Shown here: positions 13,448 to 27,088 of the stretch, piece by piece
Numbering within the stretch: the first letter of the stretch is position 1
How the letters are laid out: each line of letters begins with the position of its first letter
NCBI RefSeq assembly: GCF_032191835.1
Contig: NC_083226.1
Span: 108,562,001-108,626,000 of the forward strand
DNA from: Heteronotia binoei
Lineage: Eukaryota
Reading direction: 5' to 3'
DNA length: 64,000 nt
The notes under the pieces: model-generated
Databases searched by the model: none
What the model saw: only the letters and a program-made list of their open reading frames with translations
Told to the model about the DNA's origin: nothing
Position numbers and translations under genes: made by a program

Positions 13448-14950
13448 ATGGCACCCAGAAAGGGTCAGAGGGTGTCTAAAGGCAAACAGCCCATTAAGAG
13501 AGTGCCTGGGAGGCACATGCCCACTGAGCGCCAGGGGGGGAAGAGGAGGCATGCACCAGTCATGCTATAATCGACCAGCTGGTGACGTTGGAGCGGCAAC
13601 AGGGTTTGGTCCCAGGGTCAGCTGGGCTAGCTAGGGAGTGTAAAGCTGCTTGGACCTCTACCGGGGCCATTGAGCAGGAGGTGCTGGCCCGTCTTTCTAC
13701 TTTACAGGATAAGACCACACGGCCTGGTCCTTCGGGAGTGCCGAGCTGGGATCCACCAGACAATAATCCAGATTACGATGAAGATGGCAATAGTCCGGAT
13801 GGGGCAAGTCTTTCTGGTGGAGCCAGGGGTCTGGTGCCTGTGGTGTTAGCTGTTAATGTGGACGACTCTGATGGTAAGCATGTCTGTCCTGGTAATAATA
13901 GTGGATGGCCCGGGGGGGGTTGGGGGCCCCTCTGCACTACGGGCGCAGCTGGCTCTACAACTATGTTCAGTCCGGGTGATGTTGGGGGGTCACCTAACTT
14001 GCCCTGTGCTTCAGGGGCTTGGGCCCCTGGGGCTCACGGGCAGGTTTTATCTTGGGGAGCTTCTCAGGTGTCTTTGGCTGCTGCTATTCCATCTACCTTG
14101 TCCGGGGCTTCGACCCAGCAGTCGTCGGTGAGGTCCTTACCATGGGGACATCAAATGAGTGGGCAATGGCCTGCCGTATGGCCAGCTGCTCAGTGGGGGG
14201 GGATGGAGTTTGGCCCCGACTCCCTATGGGGCAGTTCCTTTTCAGTGTCGTCTGTTCAGTGTCCCTGCCATGCCCCTGGGGGATCATTTGATGGTGTCGA
14301 CCAGAGAAAAGATCTTGCGTGGGGAGTATGTGGATGTCTTTAGCCTTCTCTATAGGGAACTCAAGAAGAAGGACAAGGACGAACTTGAGGATAAGGACAA
14401 GGAGAAACTCAAGCACAGAAAGGTCGAGAGGAATTGGGCCAACTGGTTACCGGGGATTTTGATTTATGCGGGGGTAATAGCGTGAGCACAGCCTTTACAG
14501 GCGGCTCCGCTATTCCAATACTGTGACATCATTTACAAGGCTTATATGGACTTTTTGGGTGCTGTGTGGCTGCAGTACGACGAGGAGTTCCGTATGAGGG
14601 CAGCATTGAACCCCGCAATTCCCTGGGACCGGGTTAACCAGCAGCTGTGGCTGCAACTCATGTCTCCAGCTAAGCCTAATACCGGTGACAGGTCGGACAG
14701 TGGTCATCTTGTGAGTAAACAGGCAAGTGTGGTGGGTCCCCGCGCAGCAGCGGGGCAGTTGGTTCAACCCCGGCTGCTCTGTTGGGAGTACACGTCACAG
14801 GGCATGTGCAACAGAAAAACATGCAAGTATAAGCATGAGTGCCCGCTGTGTGGGGGTTCGCATGCGTTATCGGCATGCAATAAATCCAAGCACAGACCTG
14901 GGAATAAGTGGTCAGGTGGCAGTGGGAATACCCAATCAGCTAACAAAGGG
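13448..14950 (+). pseudogene. Ngaro ORF1/gag-like, frameshifted
   Basis: ATG 13448 gives MAPRKGQRVSKGKQP (cf. MAPMKEQGRSKGKQP at 60080). Continues through ORFs 13582, 14159 and 14546 to the zinc fingers. Confidence 0.85.
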
Positions 14951-16549
14951 GCCAGCCCCATCAAGCTGACGGTACTTAAGGACCTTTTGGCGGAGTACCC
15001 GAAGGCCAGGGACAGGGAGTACTTGTGGGAAAGATTTCTTTGTGGGTTTCGTATCCCATTCCAGGGCCCCAGAGGACCCTGTATGGCAAGGAATTTATGT
15101 TCAATTCAGGGGATGGAGCACATGGTGAGGGATAAGATCGGGAGGGAGTGCAAGAAGGGCCGGGTATCAGGCCTTTTTGATGCACCCCCTGTCCCGAATT
15201 TGCGGGTATCCCCTTTGGGTGTGGTGCCCAAGAAGGCACCGGGGGAGTTCCAGCTGATTCACCACTTGTCCTACCCAAAAGGGGGGTCGGTGAATGATGC
15301 CATTCCCGACTTCCTATGTACAGTCCAGTATACTTCCTTTGACCAGGCGGTCAAAGTGGTATGGAGTTGTGGGATTGGGGCGGAGATGGCAAAATGTGAC
15401 ATTAAGTCTGCATTTCGCCTTCTGCTGGTGCACCCTGATGACTTTGAACTTTGGGGTTTTATGTTTGATGGTAAGTATTATATGGACAGGGCCTTGCCGA
15501 TGGGTTGCTCCATCTCTTGTTCAGCTTTTGAACGTTTTAGCACCTTTTTGGAATAGGTCCTGTGTAAAAGGACGGACTCAGCTAATTCAGTTCATTATCT
15601 TGATGATTTTTGTTTGTGGGCCCACGGGGGTCGGGCCAGTGCGCCTGGCTGCTTCAGTCTTTTTTATGGTTGGCTGAGGACCTGGGGGTCCTGCTGGCCC
15701 ATGAAAAGACAGAGGGTCCTTCGTTAGTTTTGACTTTTTTGGGTATTGAGTTGGACACAGTGCGGCAGGCTTCATGGCTGCCATTCGAGAAAATCAGGTG
15801 CCTGCGGTTAAAACTGGCATGTTTGAAAGGTAAGCGGAAGATTTCGCTACTGGAGCTCCAGCAGATTGTGGGCCATCTCAACTTTGCATGCAAAGTGGTG
15901 GCACCAGGGAGGGCATTTTTGCGGTGACTGTGTAATGCTATGGGGGCGTTATGAATGCCCCATCACCAGATTAGGATCAGTAGAGGAATGCGTCAGGATT
16001 TTGAGGTATGGGAGCAGTTTTTGTCTTCATTTAATGGGGTTTCCTTTTGGCGTGAGGATATGAGAATTGAGGCTGATCTTCAGATTACCTAGGATGCCAC
16101 GGGATCCATTGGTTTTGGGGTATACTTTCGAGGGCATTGGTGCGCTGAAAGTTGGCCCAGAGAATGGTTGGGCAGCGACCTATGTCGTAATTTGACCTTT
16201 CTTGAGTTTTTTCCAATAGTTGTAGCTTTCAGTTTTGGGAGTGGAGTTGGCTAATCATGTTGTGCATTTTTGGTACGACAACCTGACCGTAGTTCATATT
16301 ATCAATACGTTGACTTCTAAATCTGTTCCCGTTATGGGCCTGGCAAGGGCATTTACTTTGCACTGTTTACATCTGAACATTTTATTTCTCGCTAAGCATG
16401 TGCCAGGTGTGTGCAACAGTGTGGTGGATGCTCTGTCTCGCCGGCAGATGGAGCGATTTCGACAGCTTGCACCAGAAGCCGACCTCCTGCCGGCCCAGAT
16501 GCCCCCAGAGATGCGGCAGCTTGGAGAGTCGAGGCTGACCGGGCAATGA
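14945..16549 (+). pseudogene. Ngaro reverse transcriptase + RNase H
   Basis: SPLGVVPKK, KCDIKSAFRLL, LPMGCSISC, HYLDDF (~15591), then RNase H-like HFWYDNLTVVH and NSVVDALSR; stops and frameshifts present. Confidence 0.92.
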
Positions 16550-17410
16550 TGTTAGCTCTGGCTCCCAGCACCAGGAAGGCCTATAATCGCTCTGTTAAGC
16601 AGTTCCATGCATTTAGGGAACAGGTAGGGTTAGGCAGGCTTTGGCCTATTCCAGCGTTACACCTTATGCAGTTCTGCATCCATTTGAAGGGTAAGGGGCT
16701 TGTAGTTAAGTCTATAAGGGCCAAGCTTGCAGCATTAGCGTTTACGAGTAAAATAAAGGGTTTTGCGGACACCTCAAGCAATTTTAGACTTTGTAAGATG
16801 TTGGAGGGTTGGGCTCGGGAGCAGGGCCCTTGGCCCGAAACTCAGCAACCCTTTTCACCTTCTGTTTTAAGAGGATTGCAGGCAGTGTGGCCTGGAGTTT
16901 GATCCTCAAAGTTCAAGGCTTTATTATTCCAGGCTGCAGCTATGACAGCCTTTTTTGGGGCGCTCAAGGTTAGCGAGCTTGTGGTTAGCTCACACCATGA
17001 CTCTTCTGGCCGTTCCCTTCAGTCTGGTGATTTGAAAATAGCGGGTGACTATGTATCCATTAAGGTTCGACGTTCTAAGACCGATCAGACGCAGAGGGGT
17101 ACTGTTATCACCTTGGGTCCGTGCCTAGATCAGGAAATTTGCCCTGTGATTGCCCTGAAGAGGTACATTGCAGCATGGGGGGATGTGGCCAGCCCCTTAT
17201 TTTGTCATGAAGGCCGGTCACCTTTGACCAAGTTTCAGTTCTGGACCATCACCAGCAGGGCCTTGGAGAGGCTAGGGCTGGGTGGGGTCAGATTTGGGAC
17301 CCACTCTTTCCACATTGGGGTGGCATCTACAGCAGCAGCTTTGGGGATCCTGGAACGGCCATACAGCGGGTGGGCCATTGGCGGTCCACGGCATATAAGG
17401 GTTATGTTTG
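16545..17410 (+). pseudogene. Tyrosine recombinase, with catalytic Arg residues apparently mutated
   Basis: LAPSTRKAY N-terminus. AFFGALKVSEL has K where R is expected, RSKTDQ is present, and HSFHIG has H where R is expected. Confidence 0.9.
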
Positions 17411-17492
17411 CCCATTGGATACCCAACATGCTGATGTATGATACGTTGTTTCCAGTTTTGTGTGATTCATTCTGTTCCTTTCTGTTTTTTAG

Positions 17493-18044
17493 GTGCTGTG
17501 GCGCGGCATGAGAGGTGGAGGATTTTGATCGCTGGCCACAGCATGGTGTTTTGGGTAGCCCGTGAGGCCCGGCGTTCACCAATTGGATCGCCTTCGGTGG
17601 TCCGGGCTCCTGCCTCTCCTTTTCCAAGGGAGAAATGGTCCTCCACCTCACATTTTGGTTATTCACCTTGGTGGTAACAATCTGGGCTTGCTGAAGGGGA
17701 AGGCCCTTTCACTGCAGGCGATCGAAGACCTCAGGGTGATACAGAGCAGGTGGCCCGAGGTGCTGATTTTGTGGTCCGCCATCCTTCCCCGCAGGGTTTG
17801 GAGGGCTGCCTGGGACCCTGCGGGGATTGAAAGGGCTAGGCGCAAGGCCAATATGGCGATCAAGAAGGCACTGGGTGGAGGCTTGGGTGTTTACCTGCCT
17901 CACCCTGCTATAAGGTCGGAGTCAGCGGACCTATATCGGCAGGACGGTGTCCACCTGTCCGTAAAAGGTAACAGGGCATTTTTGCTTGAACTACGGCTGG
18001 GGCTATGGTTGGCCTTGGGCCAACCGGTGGGCCCAAGTGCCTAA
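17493..18044 (+). pseudogene. SGNH/GDSL hydrolase ORF of Ngaro; no ATG of its own, internal deletion/frameshift
   Basis: Blocks ILIAGHS, IHLGGNNLG and DGVH; preceded by a polypyrimidine-AG acceptor at 17491-17492. Confidence 0.88.
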
Positions 18045-18904
18045 GCGGAGGCCTGGCAATGTGGTGGCAGGAGTTTGATTTGGGCTATGTAGGTAACCAG
18101 TGAGCACCCTCGGTTTTCCCTGTTTTCAGGGGAGTAGCGGGATGGGACGGCAGCTGGGCTGTATGGCTCTCTGCGGTGATCCCCGCTATAGAGTTCCCTC
18201 CTCTGGCAGTCCGCTCCTGGGTGGGCGGCATTGCCACTTGGGGGTATTCCCAGCCTTCACCGGCCTAGCAGTAGCCAGTACAAACTGGCTTCTGCCGGGG
18301 GCTGGGTGGCTCGCCCTATCCAGACAATGAAGGGTCACGGGTTTACCTTGGCCTGTCCAGGAGTTTTTAGGTTGCCCCATGCCGTGTTTTGTTCAAAAAG
18401 TTGCCCTGTTTGTTTACCCAATACACCGTGTTGTCTTGTTCTTCCGACTGGTGGGGCAAATTCACTTTCATTTGCAGAGCTCAGCTGAGAAATAAAGCAC
18501 TGAGTGAGTAGAGATATACCAAACTGAGGCAACCCATTATTAAGTAGTTTCTGGTCTGTACCCCTTTAAAATTTGTTCAAAAATCAGAACTTCCATTTTG
18601 TTTGTAGTTGAGGAAGGCCTTTGTCTAAACTAAATGTCTACCACCATCGTTTCAGTTCTACCTATTTTTAGTCACACCAACATCTTACTGAATGGATTAT
18701 GAAAACTTGATATGTTGTTTAATTTCCCTCAAGGATCAACTTCTTCCTTAAAGAATGCCAAGTCCTTGACCCCATCCTGTGGGAATTAATATCACATTCT
18801 AATTAAATAAATATATCACAGCACAACCCACAAATTTTTCTACCTGAACAATGTAAATACTCAGCACATGTATACATGAAATAATAAATTATTATAATTA
18901 TTAC

Positions 18905-20230
18905 ATTACAGTTCTGGTCACTGTATCTTAAAAAGGACATTACAGATTGGGAAAAGTCCAGAAGAGGGCAATCAAGTTGATTAGGGGGTTGGAGCATCTT
19001 CCACATGAGGAAAGGCTGAAGAGCCTGGTGCTTTTCAGTTTAGAAAAGAGATAACTAAGTGGCAGTGTGATAGAAGTTTATAAAATTATGCATGGGGTAG
19101 AGAGAGTTGACAAAAAGAATTTTTTCTCCCTCTCCCAAAATAATAGAACTCAGGGGCATCCAGTGAAGCTGATGGGCATTGGATTCCAGAGAGTCAAAAG
19201 AAAATACTTCTTTACATTATAATGGGGAATTTGCTGCCAGAGGATATAGTGATGTCCATAGGAACAGACAACTTTAGGGTTGCCAAGTCCAATTCAAGAA
19301 ATATCTGGGGCCTTTGGGGGTGGAGCCAGGAGACATTGGGGCGGAGCCAGGAACAAGGGTGTGACAAGCATAATTGAACTCCAAGGGAGTTCTGGCCATC
19401 ACATTTAAAGGGACAGCACACCTTTTTAAATGCTCTTCTTCCATAGGAAATAATGAAGGATAGGGGCACCATCTTTTGGGGCTCATAGAATTGGACCCCC
19501 TGGTCCAATCATTTTGAAACTTGGGGGGTATTTTGGGGAGAGGCACTAGATGCTATACTAAAAATGTGGTGCCACTACTTCAAAACATAGCCCCCCCCAG
19601 AGCCCCCAATACCTACAGATCAATTCCCCATTATTCTCTATGGGAATCGTTCTCCATAGGGAATAATAGAGTGCCCAGTAGACATTTCCCTCCCCCACCC
19701 CCGCTTTCTAAAGCAGGGGAAGGGCCTCCAAACCAGGGAATCCCCTGCCCCCTCCCTCTTTCACACACACAAACACTTACTGGGTCTTGTTCCTGCAGAA
19801 CTTTACTTGATCTGAAAACGAAAGCAAAACAAAGGGAGGGGCCATTCTCCGAAGCCCTTCCTGTTTCCTGCTTCCTGCTCAGCCTTAAAGGCACATATTT
19901 TAAAAATGGACCTGCAGGAGCTCTAAAACTACTTGGTGATTGTCGGGGGGGGGCTTCCCCCACCGGCCAGCTGGCTGGGGGCGGGGAGAAGCCTGTAAAA
20001 ATAGGGGGTCCCCCGTTGGAACCTGGGGATTGGGAAACCTAGACAGCTTTAAAAGGAGATTACATGGATATTTGGAGGATAAGTCTATCAATGGCTACAA
20101 GCCATAGTGCCTGAGAGGAGCCTCCATCTTCATAGGCACTAAACCTCTGAATCTCAGAACCAAGAGGCAACATTGGAGGAAGGTCTGAGCCTCTATTTCA
20201 CCCATGGTCTTCAGCCCTGGTGAAATAAGA
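18905..20230 (+). mobile_element. CR1 LINE 3' fragment interrupted by a MITE
   Basis: Typical CR1 ORF2 end (GAGGAAAGGCTGAAGAGCCTGG..TTCAGTTTAGAAAAGAG); resumes at 20042 after the insertion. Confidence 0.75.
19275..20041. mobile_element. hAT-type MITE
   Basis: TIRs TAGGGTTGCCAA / TTGGGAAACCTA; 8-bp TSD GACAACTT (19267-19274) / GACAGCTT (20042-20049). Confidence 0.85.
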
Positions 20231-21866
20231 ATTCTCTCTGAACAGAGGAAAATAGATTTCAATCCAATTATAGGAAAAACTTGTTACATTTGCAAAGTGG
20301 TGGATGCCTCAGAGTTAGCCTACCTCAGTTCCATCTTTTCATCAGAAAGACTGTCTATATCAGGAGGCTGTTTATAAACAACAAAGGGACTTGAACTGTG
20401 CACCTATTGCAAACATATGCTAAAATGGCTGCTACACAAGGTAAATGTGATGTTCCTCACATATGGAGGATTTTTGTTCCTGTTTTCAGTCACTATTATT
20501 ACCATTATTGCATTTTTTTTCTGTACTATAATTTAGTGGGTTCAATGCCAGGAGGAGACACAGTTGCAGTGATCATAGCTCTCTTTATTAGTTACACATG
20601 GTAATGGCTGAACTAGTAGACTGTTGAACAGGACTAACAGGGCCAACTATATACAGTTCAAGGTTACTGTGCTAGGATGCCATTGGATCATATAAACCAG
20701 CAGAGGGCCTGTGATTGGAGCAGAGCAGCAGGGTTTTGAATTCTACTGCCCATTGTTCCTGAGTTCCCAAGCTTAGACCTAAAGGCTCCAATGAGACAAG
20801 CAAGAACACAGGTAATTGCATCATTAGTCCACAAACACAACATGTGCCTACCCAGCTGGTCTGTAATGTGGCAAAGAAGAGGTTCCTCTATGGCTTCAGC
20901 TTCTTTGCAGTTAACTCTCTTACTCTATTTCTAAAAGTTTACTGCTAGCAGCTTGTATCAACTCTGCCATCTGATGAAAATACAGTTGGTTTCTTCTGCT
21001 CAACAAATATATTTCCTGTTTTCAGTCATTTCATAAGCAAGATTTTCAAGACTGACATCATCACAATGTACCTTTATAGATTGTATTCATCTGCAGCATT
21101 GTAGCAGCTGAAAAATGGAATTGTGCACATTTAAAAAATGAAATTGCTCTGCTGGTACAAATTTAGTTCCCTTTGTCTTCTGCCAAGCTTGTAATTAATG
21201 ACATTCCTCATAAGTGTCTTCAAAGAAGACTTCAGTAATGTAGCATGCAGATTAGGATAGCCAGCCTTGTGACTGTGCTTCCATATATAGCAGGAGAGCT
21301 TTTCAGGGTGATGGCCAAGGAGACAATGTAAAGATGGGGGGTATTCTTAGAGCTCTGAGGGGTAAGAGTTGGAAGTGTATATACTTTCCCCACATTTGTC
21401 TGCTACAACAGTTCTGTTTACTTGTTTGAAACCCAATATCATCCCTAAGTAAATTAGTGTTACAGTTGTTCCAAAGATTTCAGTGAATTGCTCTGAAGCA
21501 AGTGAAGAGTGAAACATAACAAAATGGCTACCATAGCTGTGGAAAGCTTTAATTCTAATGTCCTGTTTGTGACTGTTACCACAACTGATTCTGGTAGAAA
21601 TTTAGTTTTCTTATGATATAGTACAAATCTTCTTGAAGCTGCTACAATCGCATCATAACCACATTTTCCTCTGCTTGCATTTCATTTTCTTATTCAGGAA
21701 ATGCAGAGCTTGTATGCCCTTTTGAAGTGCAAACATTCATAATAGAATAAATATTCTAAAATACTATGTGATTACAACAAGAACACAGAATTTTACGTCC
21801 TAGATTTTGTTTGTGATGCATAGGAGCTGCTTTCCTTCCCTGTCTGAAGGAGATATAACAATTACA

Positions 21867-22118
21867 TATAGGGTTGCCAACCTCCAGGTGGGGGTTAGAG
21901 ATCTAGAATTACAACTGATCACCAGGCTATATAAATCATTTATTGTTTGTTCATTTAAAACATTTATTCCACTTCTTCTGGAGAAAATGGCTGCTTTGGA
22001 AGGTGGACTGCATGGCATTATACCCTACCAAACTCCTTCCCCTCCCTAAACCTCACTCTCTCAAGCTCCACCCTCAAATTCCAGGTATTTCCAATCCTGG
22101 AGCTGTTAACATAGCATC
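21867..22118. mobile_element. TAGGGTTGCCA-family MITE, decayed
   Basis: Starts TAGGGTTGCCAACCTCCAGG; right end degenerate. Confidence 0.6.
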
Positions 22119-23932
22119 TCTGGTCATTGCTCCAAGGATGTTTTCTTGTAAACTTAGTTTGTATGCTGTGGTCCATATAAAATCTCTGTCTTTGTAGTAC
22201 ACAGAACATCAGGGTGACTCCTATATTTGATATCAATTTGAAAAGCAAGTTGATACATTATATTAATTTTACAGAAACATCAGCTATATAGTCTGGTTGA
22301 CATCAGGATTCTGGCAAACTGCAGCTGCAGCTGAGATGGGTGGTTGTAGCTGCAGTGAATACAAGCTGTTTAATTTTTGTTGCTCAAAAGTCTGTCATGC
22401 CCCAGGAAAGAACTGAAAAGGTTTCATTGTGATCAGCAGGGCTGTGCAATTGAAAACATTGTTAAATTCATTCTGATCAATTCATTAAAAGTTCAAATGT
22501 TGTTTGAAAGCTATCTATACTAGATGGATTTCTTTCACCATTTCTATTCACAGAAATATAGAGAGCAAAAAGCACAATACAGAGAGAAAAATCCATCTTC
22601 CTGCAACTTTATTTTCTGAGAAAATCACACATTTGCAATGATAGAGCTGAGTAATGATAACTTTAAAAATAGTTAATGATTTCTGGGATATTCCTTGACT
22701 AAAATCAGTCCGTTCAGATACCATTAGGAAGGGCTCTATCTTTTGACAAATGTATTGACGGTGATGTTATAATTTGTACTCTTCCCACCATTCCAGAAAT
22801 AATACATTCTCTTGTAAAGTGCAGTAGACTCAAACACTGTTAAAAGTGTATGAGCTTGTACAGAAATGGGTCCTGATGTGCCTAGAAAAGAACTATGACC
22901 ACCATCCTCATATCATCCAAAATGGCCCCAGGATAAAGTCAGCTAGAGTCAATGCTGTTAGGAGAAATGAGACTTCGGTAATACCCATCTAATTACTTCT
23001 ATTGATTTCAGCTGGATGTAATAAGCAGACTTAAGCACATCTACTTGGAAGTAACTACCGTTCAATGGGACTCATAGGAAAGTGTGTTTTTAGCAAAAAA
23101 AAGGTCTATGTTACAAGTCATAACTAAATTTATCTGGATTGGGTCCACTAACTTTATATAATTAAAAATGTGTTATAAAATTTAGGTCAATGAGCATTCC
23201 ACTGAATTTTTTTTATTTGTAGGTACATGTTTGTAGTGAGGAAACCAGGGTGAGACGGTTAACAAGAGGGTGGGGTCAAGATAACCGACAAGGGATATTA
23301 AGGAGTAAAGGAGAAAAGCTGGAGAAGAGGGCAGGCACACTGAGATAAGATTACTCACCAGCAGTAAGCAGCAAGAGGAGAAAAATGCTGAGGAAATCCA
23401 AGAGCAGATGTTTAAGGCTGCAAAAGGAAGCCTGGAGGAGACTGGCTCAGCAATGCCCTGTCAACAGGAATGGCACTTGAGGAAGAGGAGCGAAAGACAA
23501 ACTTTTATCTTTTCTGGGTGAAACAATCAACTAGAACAAGAGAGCAAGTAAAGACTGAGATGGGAGGAACTTTCTATTAAATGACTCTCTGTGGGGTTGG
23601 TTTAAGGGCAAAGACTGAGCACTTGTAAAGTGATAGAATTGAGCTCACCCATTAAAGGCAATTAAAGGAAGGTGCTGCATGCTGTGAAGTTATTGATAAA
23701 AACAGACTGACCCAAAGACTCTCACCCCTGTGGGGGCGGGGTCTCCTCTGTGCTACAACTGACAATGATATAATTTCATATAAAATGTTAGAGTTAGCAT
23801 TTTAGGTGACCTGTAATATACTCAATTTTCTGTGTTGTTTTGCAAAGAAGACTGCACCTCCAAGGGGAGAGGCATAGGGTGGTGAGGCCAATCTTACAAG
23901 CATGCAAATAAGACAAACAGAGTTATGTTGGA

Positions 23933-24507
23933 TAGCGGTGGGTACAAACCATCTGACAAAATAAAGTTCATCACAAATTTTGGTCTATTTGGGGTTTGTA
24001 AACTAACGTTCATGAACTGAAAAACTGGGATGAACTACCACAAATTTTGGTGCAATTCATGGTGACTCATGACAATTTGTGAAGAGCACAGGAAACAGCT
24101 GAGTGGCTGGGTGATCTCCACTGGTCAGCTGTTTGGTTTAAATTACTTAGAGGCATTTAAATCCTGCTTTCAGCTCCTCAATGCTTTTCACAGGAGCAGA
24201 AAGCAGGTTTTAAGTGGCTCAGAGCCATTTAAACCATTGCTGCTTCCCAATCCCAACATTTTCCTGAAAAGTACTTTCCTGAGGACATTTTGTTTGGGGG
24301 TCCATAACTTGGACTCTCCTCCCCCAGGTCAGTCTTCACCAAACTAGTTGGGTAGGTAGAGGAGAGTCAGCTGGGGCACCCCCATATCCCAAAGTTTGGA
24401 AACAGAACCAGTGTATGAACCAGACTGGTTCAGGACTCGGGTTTGCAAAATGGTTCAGGGCATGTCCCAAACCTGAACCCGGGTTTCTCAGTTTGTGCCT
24501 ATCCCTA
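23933..24507. mobile_element. MITE with TAGGGATGGGCAC-like TIRs
   Basis: TAGCGGTGGGTACAAAC ... GTTTGTGCCTATCCCTA; no clear TSD. Confidence 0.5.
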
Positions 24508-25786
24508 GCAGGAACTCTTCCACTCCTCAGCCTTGGGTTTTAACAAGAATATGTCTACATAATGTCCAATCGAAGTTTGTCTTGCATCAAGTCTCCCCTG
24601 GTCCTCTCACTGAGGGACACATTCTTGTGAAATGCCTGGGGAGGGTCCTCGTCATCCACGAAGGGTTGAGGAGATTGGCATAGTGGAGAGGGCTTGTGCA
24701 GATGGCCAGATTGACATGGGTCCCTCCACAACTCCCCTGGAGCCACCCTCCTCCTGAGGGCCAAAGTAAAAAGTCCTGGAATATGGACAGCAGCTCACCT
24801 GTAGTGCCTGGATAAACCCTCCTAATCAGAGAATGACTCGCCTGAAGGCCCCTGCTGTCTAACTCTTCCAGGGAACAATAAGCCATCTTCACTTCAACCA
24901 CTTCCTGTGTTGCTTCTCCCTTTTCAGTTTCCACCTGTTCTTGGAAGCGTTGTTGGAGCTGCTAGAGCTGTTGTTCTTGATGGTTGGTGTGCTGGCCTCT
25001 CTCTGCATCTGAGACAGCAGCTCAGCTCCAGCCTGATCCCAGGAAATTTGCCCCACCCTCTTAGAGAGACTTCCTAAAGCCTGCAACGGGCCCCTGTAGG
25101 GGGGCACAGTCTTTCTGGTGTCATGTGAGACTATTCTTATTCCTAAGAAAGTAGCAAGGTCAACCAGGCAAGCCCACTTCCTCCCACACACAGGTTCAGA
25201 ACACAGGACAGTGAGAAAGCTGAGCCAGCCAATAGAAGGAGGTGAATCCCACCCTGGGGAATTCATAGGCAGCAGACAGGAGGGGTGAAGTGCCCTGTGG
25301 GAGGCATTTCACTTCCAGATTTCTGCTGGCTTAAAGTTATTTACATGCTCCAGATCTGCTCCAGTTTCTAGCCTGCAATAGAAAGTGAACTGCTCTGCAG
25401 CTCATTTTACTCAACACCACAGATTACATTTATCTCACTGGTTCTGAATTGGACTGTACATTAGCAGTGATGGGATCAGATCACAAGCCTTCCCACTAGC
25501 TGCTTAATTCTGCCAGAGAGGGCTGGCAGGCTCAGCCTGGGAGACAGTAAATGCCAACTTGAAGAGTGGTGATGGTCATCCCTTCCTTGAAGCTGGGACC
25601 AACATACTTGAAGGACTGCCTAATACCTTATGAACCCTGCATTTCTTCCTGGAGGTTTGAAATGAGCAAAACCTTCACTGAGTTTTAAAAGTTTTGTTTT
25701 CCTTTGGACAGAGAACAGGCAGGGAGGAGGAAGTCAGTCAATGGCTTTCCAGGCTCATTTCAGCTATCTCTTAAGAAATGCTGATA

Positions 25787-27088
25787 CAGAGGTGTCAAAC
25801 TTATTTGTTATGAGAACCAGATCTGACATAAATGAGATCTTGTTGGGCTGGGCCATATGTGTCATAAAATATAATGTCAGTTAGTGGAGATATAAATTTT
25901 ATAAAGAACACAGACAAACCAAAGTAGATTTAAAAAAAAAACACCTTAAAATAAACATGCTTAAAACATTAGCACTCTTTCAGTATTTTGTTTATTTAAC
26001 AGTTTCTGATAACTGACACCTCTTGCTCTGAATTATTGCATCCAAATCTGAAGACGTCAGTGCTGTAGCAATCCTGAGTATGATGTTCAGGTATTGTTCA
26101 GGTGTGTGAGTTGCAAACCTACTTTTAATTTATTGATGTTCATTACCGAAATCCCATCATCAATGCTTTGAGCCTAAGTCTCAGAGAAAAGCATGAAATG
26201 ACTGGGCATTGTGAGCTTTTGTACATAAGTTGTTTCATGAGCTGGTCAAGAACTTGTGAAGGCACTATGACACAGACTGAGGGCTATGGATTTGTCTACA
26301 AAACTATTGTCTTCCTCAGAAAAATAACTATAGCTCCTATAAGGCCGTACAAGGATAGTAAGATAGCAATATATAGTGGTCAGTATCAACCTACTTTTCT
26401 GAGAAGTCTAGGTTAAAAATCCCCAGTCTTCAGAGGAAATGTGCTTGGGGAACTTGGTCTGGACACTCAGTCTCAGCCTAATCCACCTCACTGGTTTGTT
26501 GTTATTCCTCATCTAAATAGTCCACATGCTTTCCTACTGAGAAAGATTGGATCATGAAGGCATCAATACAGTGAAAAGGGGAAGGCAAACCCAGTTGCAC
26601 CCTGGAGACCTCTAGCATAATGAGCCCAACAAAACTCTCTTTCTGTGTGTGTGTGTGTAGCAAGACAAAAAGCTCATACCTTGAATAAAACTTTGTTGGT
26701 CTTAAAGGTGCTTTCTTTGTATTTCTACTGTGCAATTGAGGGATTGGGCAAAGGAAGCTCTTTCCTTCCCTTCCCAGGGGATGAGAAGGGGGAGGAGCTT
26801 CAGCCAATAGAAGGAAGAGAGGCTTGGCTCATTCATGTGATTCAGAGAGCTCATGTGATTCAGAGACTCTGGCAAAGCAAGCCCTCCCTCCCCCCTTCTT
26901 TCCAAGGGGATGGAGCCTCAGCTAATGGAGAAAATAGAGGCTTTGCTCTGTAGTTCCTCTGTGATTGAGCAAGCCTGGAAAAGCAAAAGAGGGAGAAGGA
27001 AGCAGATGACAGTGAGTTACTTGCGGGCCTTATAGGAGCTCCTCTGGGGGTCTGATCCATTCTGTGGGCCACACATTTGACACCTTTG
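25787..27088. mobile_element. hAT-Charlie-like non-autonomous DNA transposon
   Basis: TIRs CAGAGGTGTCAAAC / TTTGACACCTTTG; flanks TGCTGATA / TTCTAATA (6/8). Confidence 0.65.

Larger units (their letters stand above)
12753..18460 (+). mobile_element. Ngaro-type tyrosine-recombinase retrotransposon, near complete but decayed
   Basis: Gene order gag, RT, RNase H, YR, SGNH hydrolase. Ends in ...TTCCGACTGGTGGGGCAAA, similar to 58386. The 5' boundary is approximate. Confidence 0.92.

Noticed and set aside
19212-20091. Protein-coding ORFs of 90-173 aa
   Set aside because: They fall within a non-autonomous MITE and show no transposase motifs.
24587-25266. LINE ORF1-like coding on the minus strand
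   Set aside because: Could not be matched to a recognisable motif with confidence.
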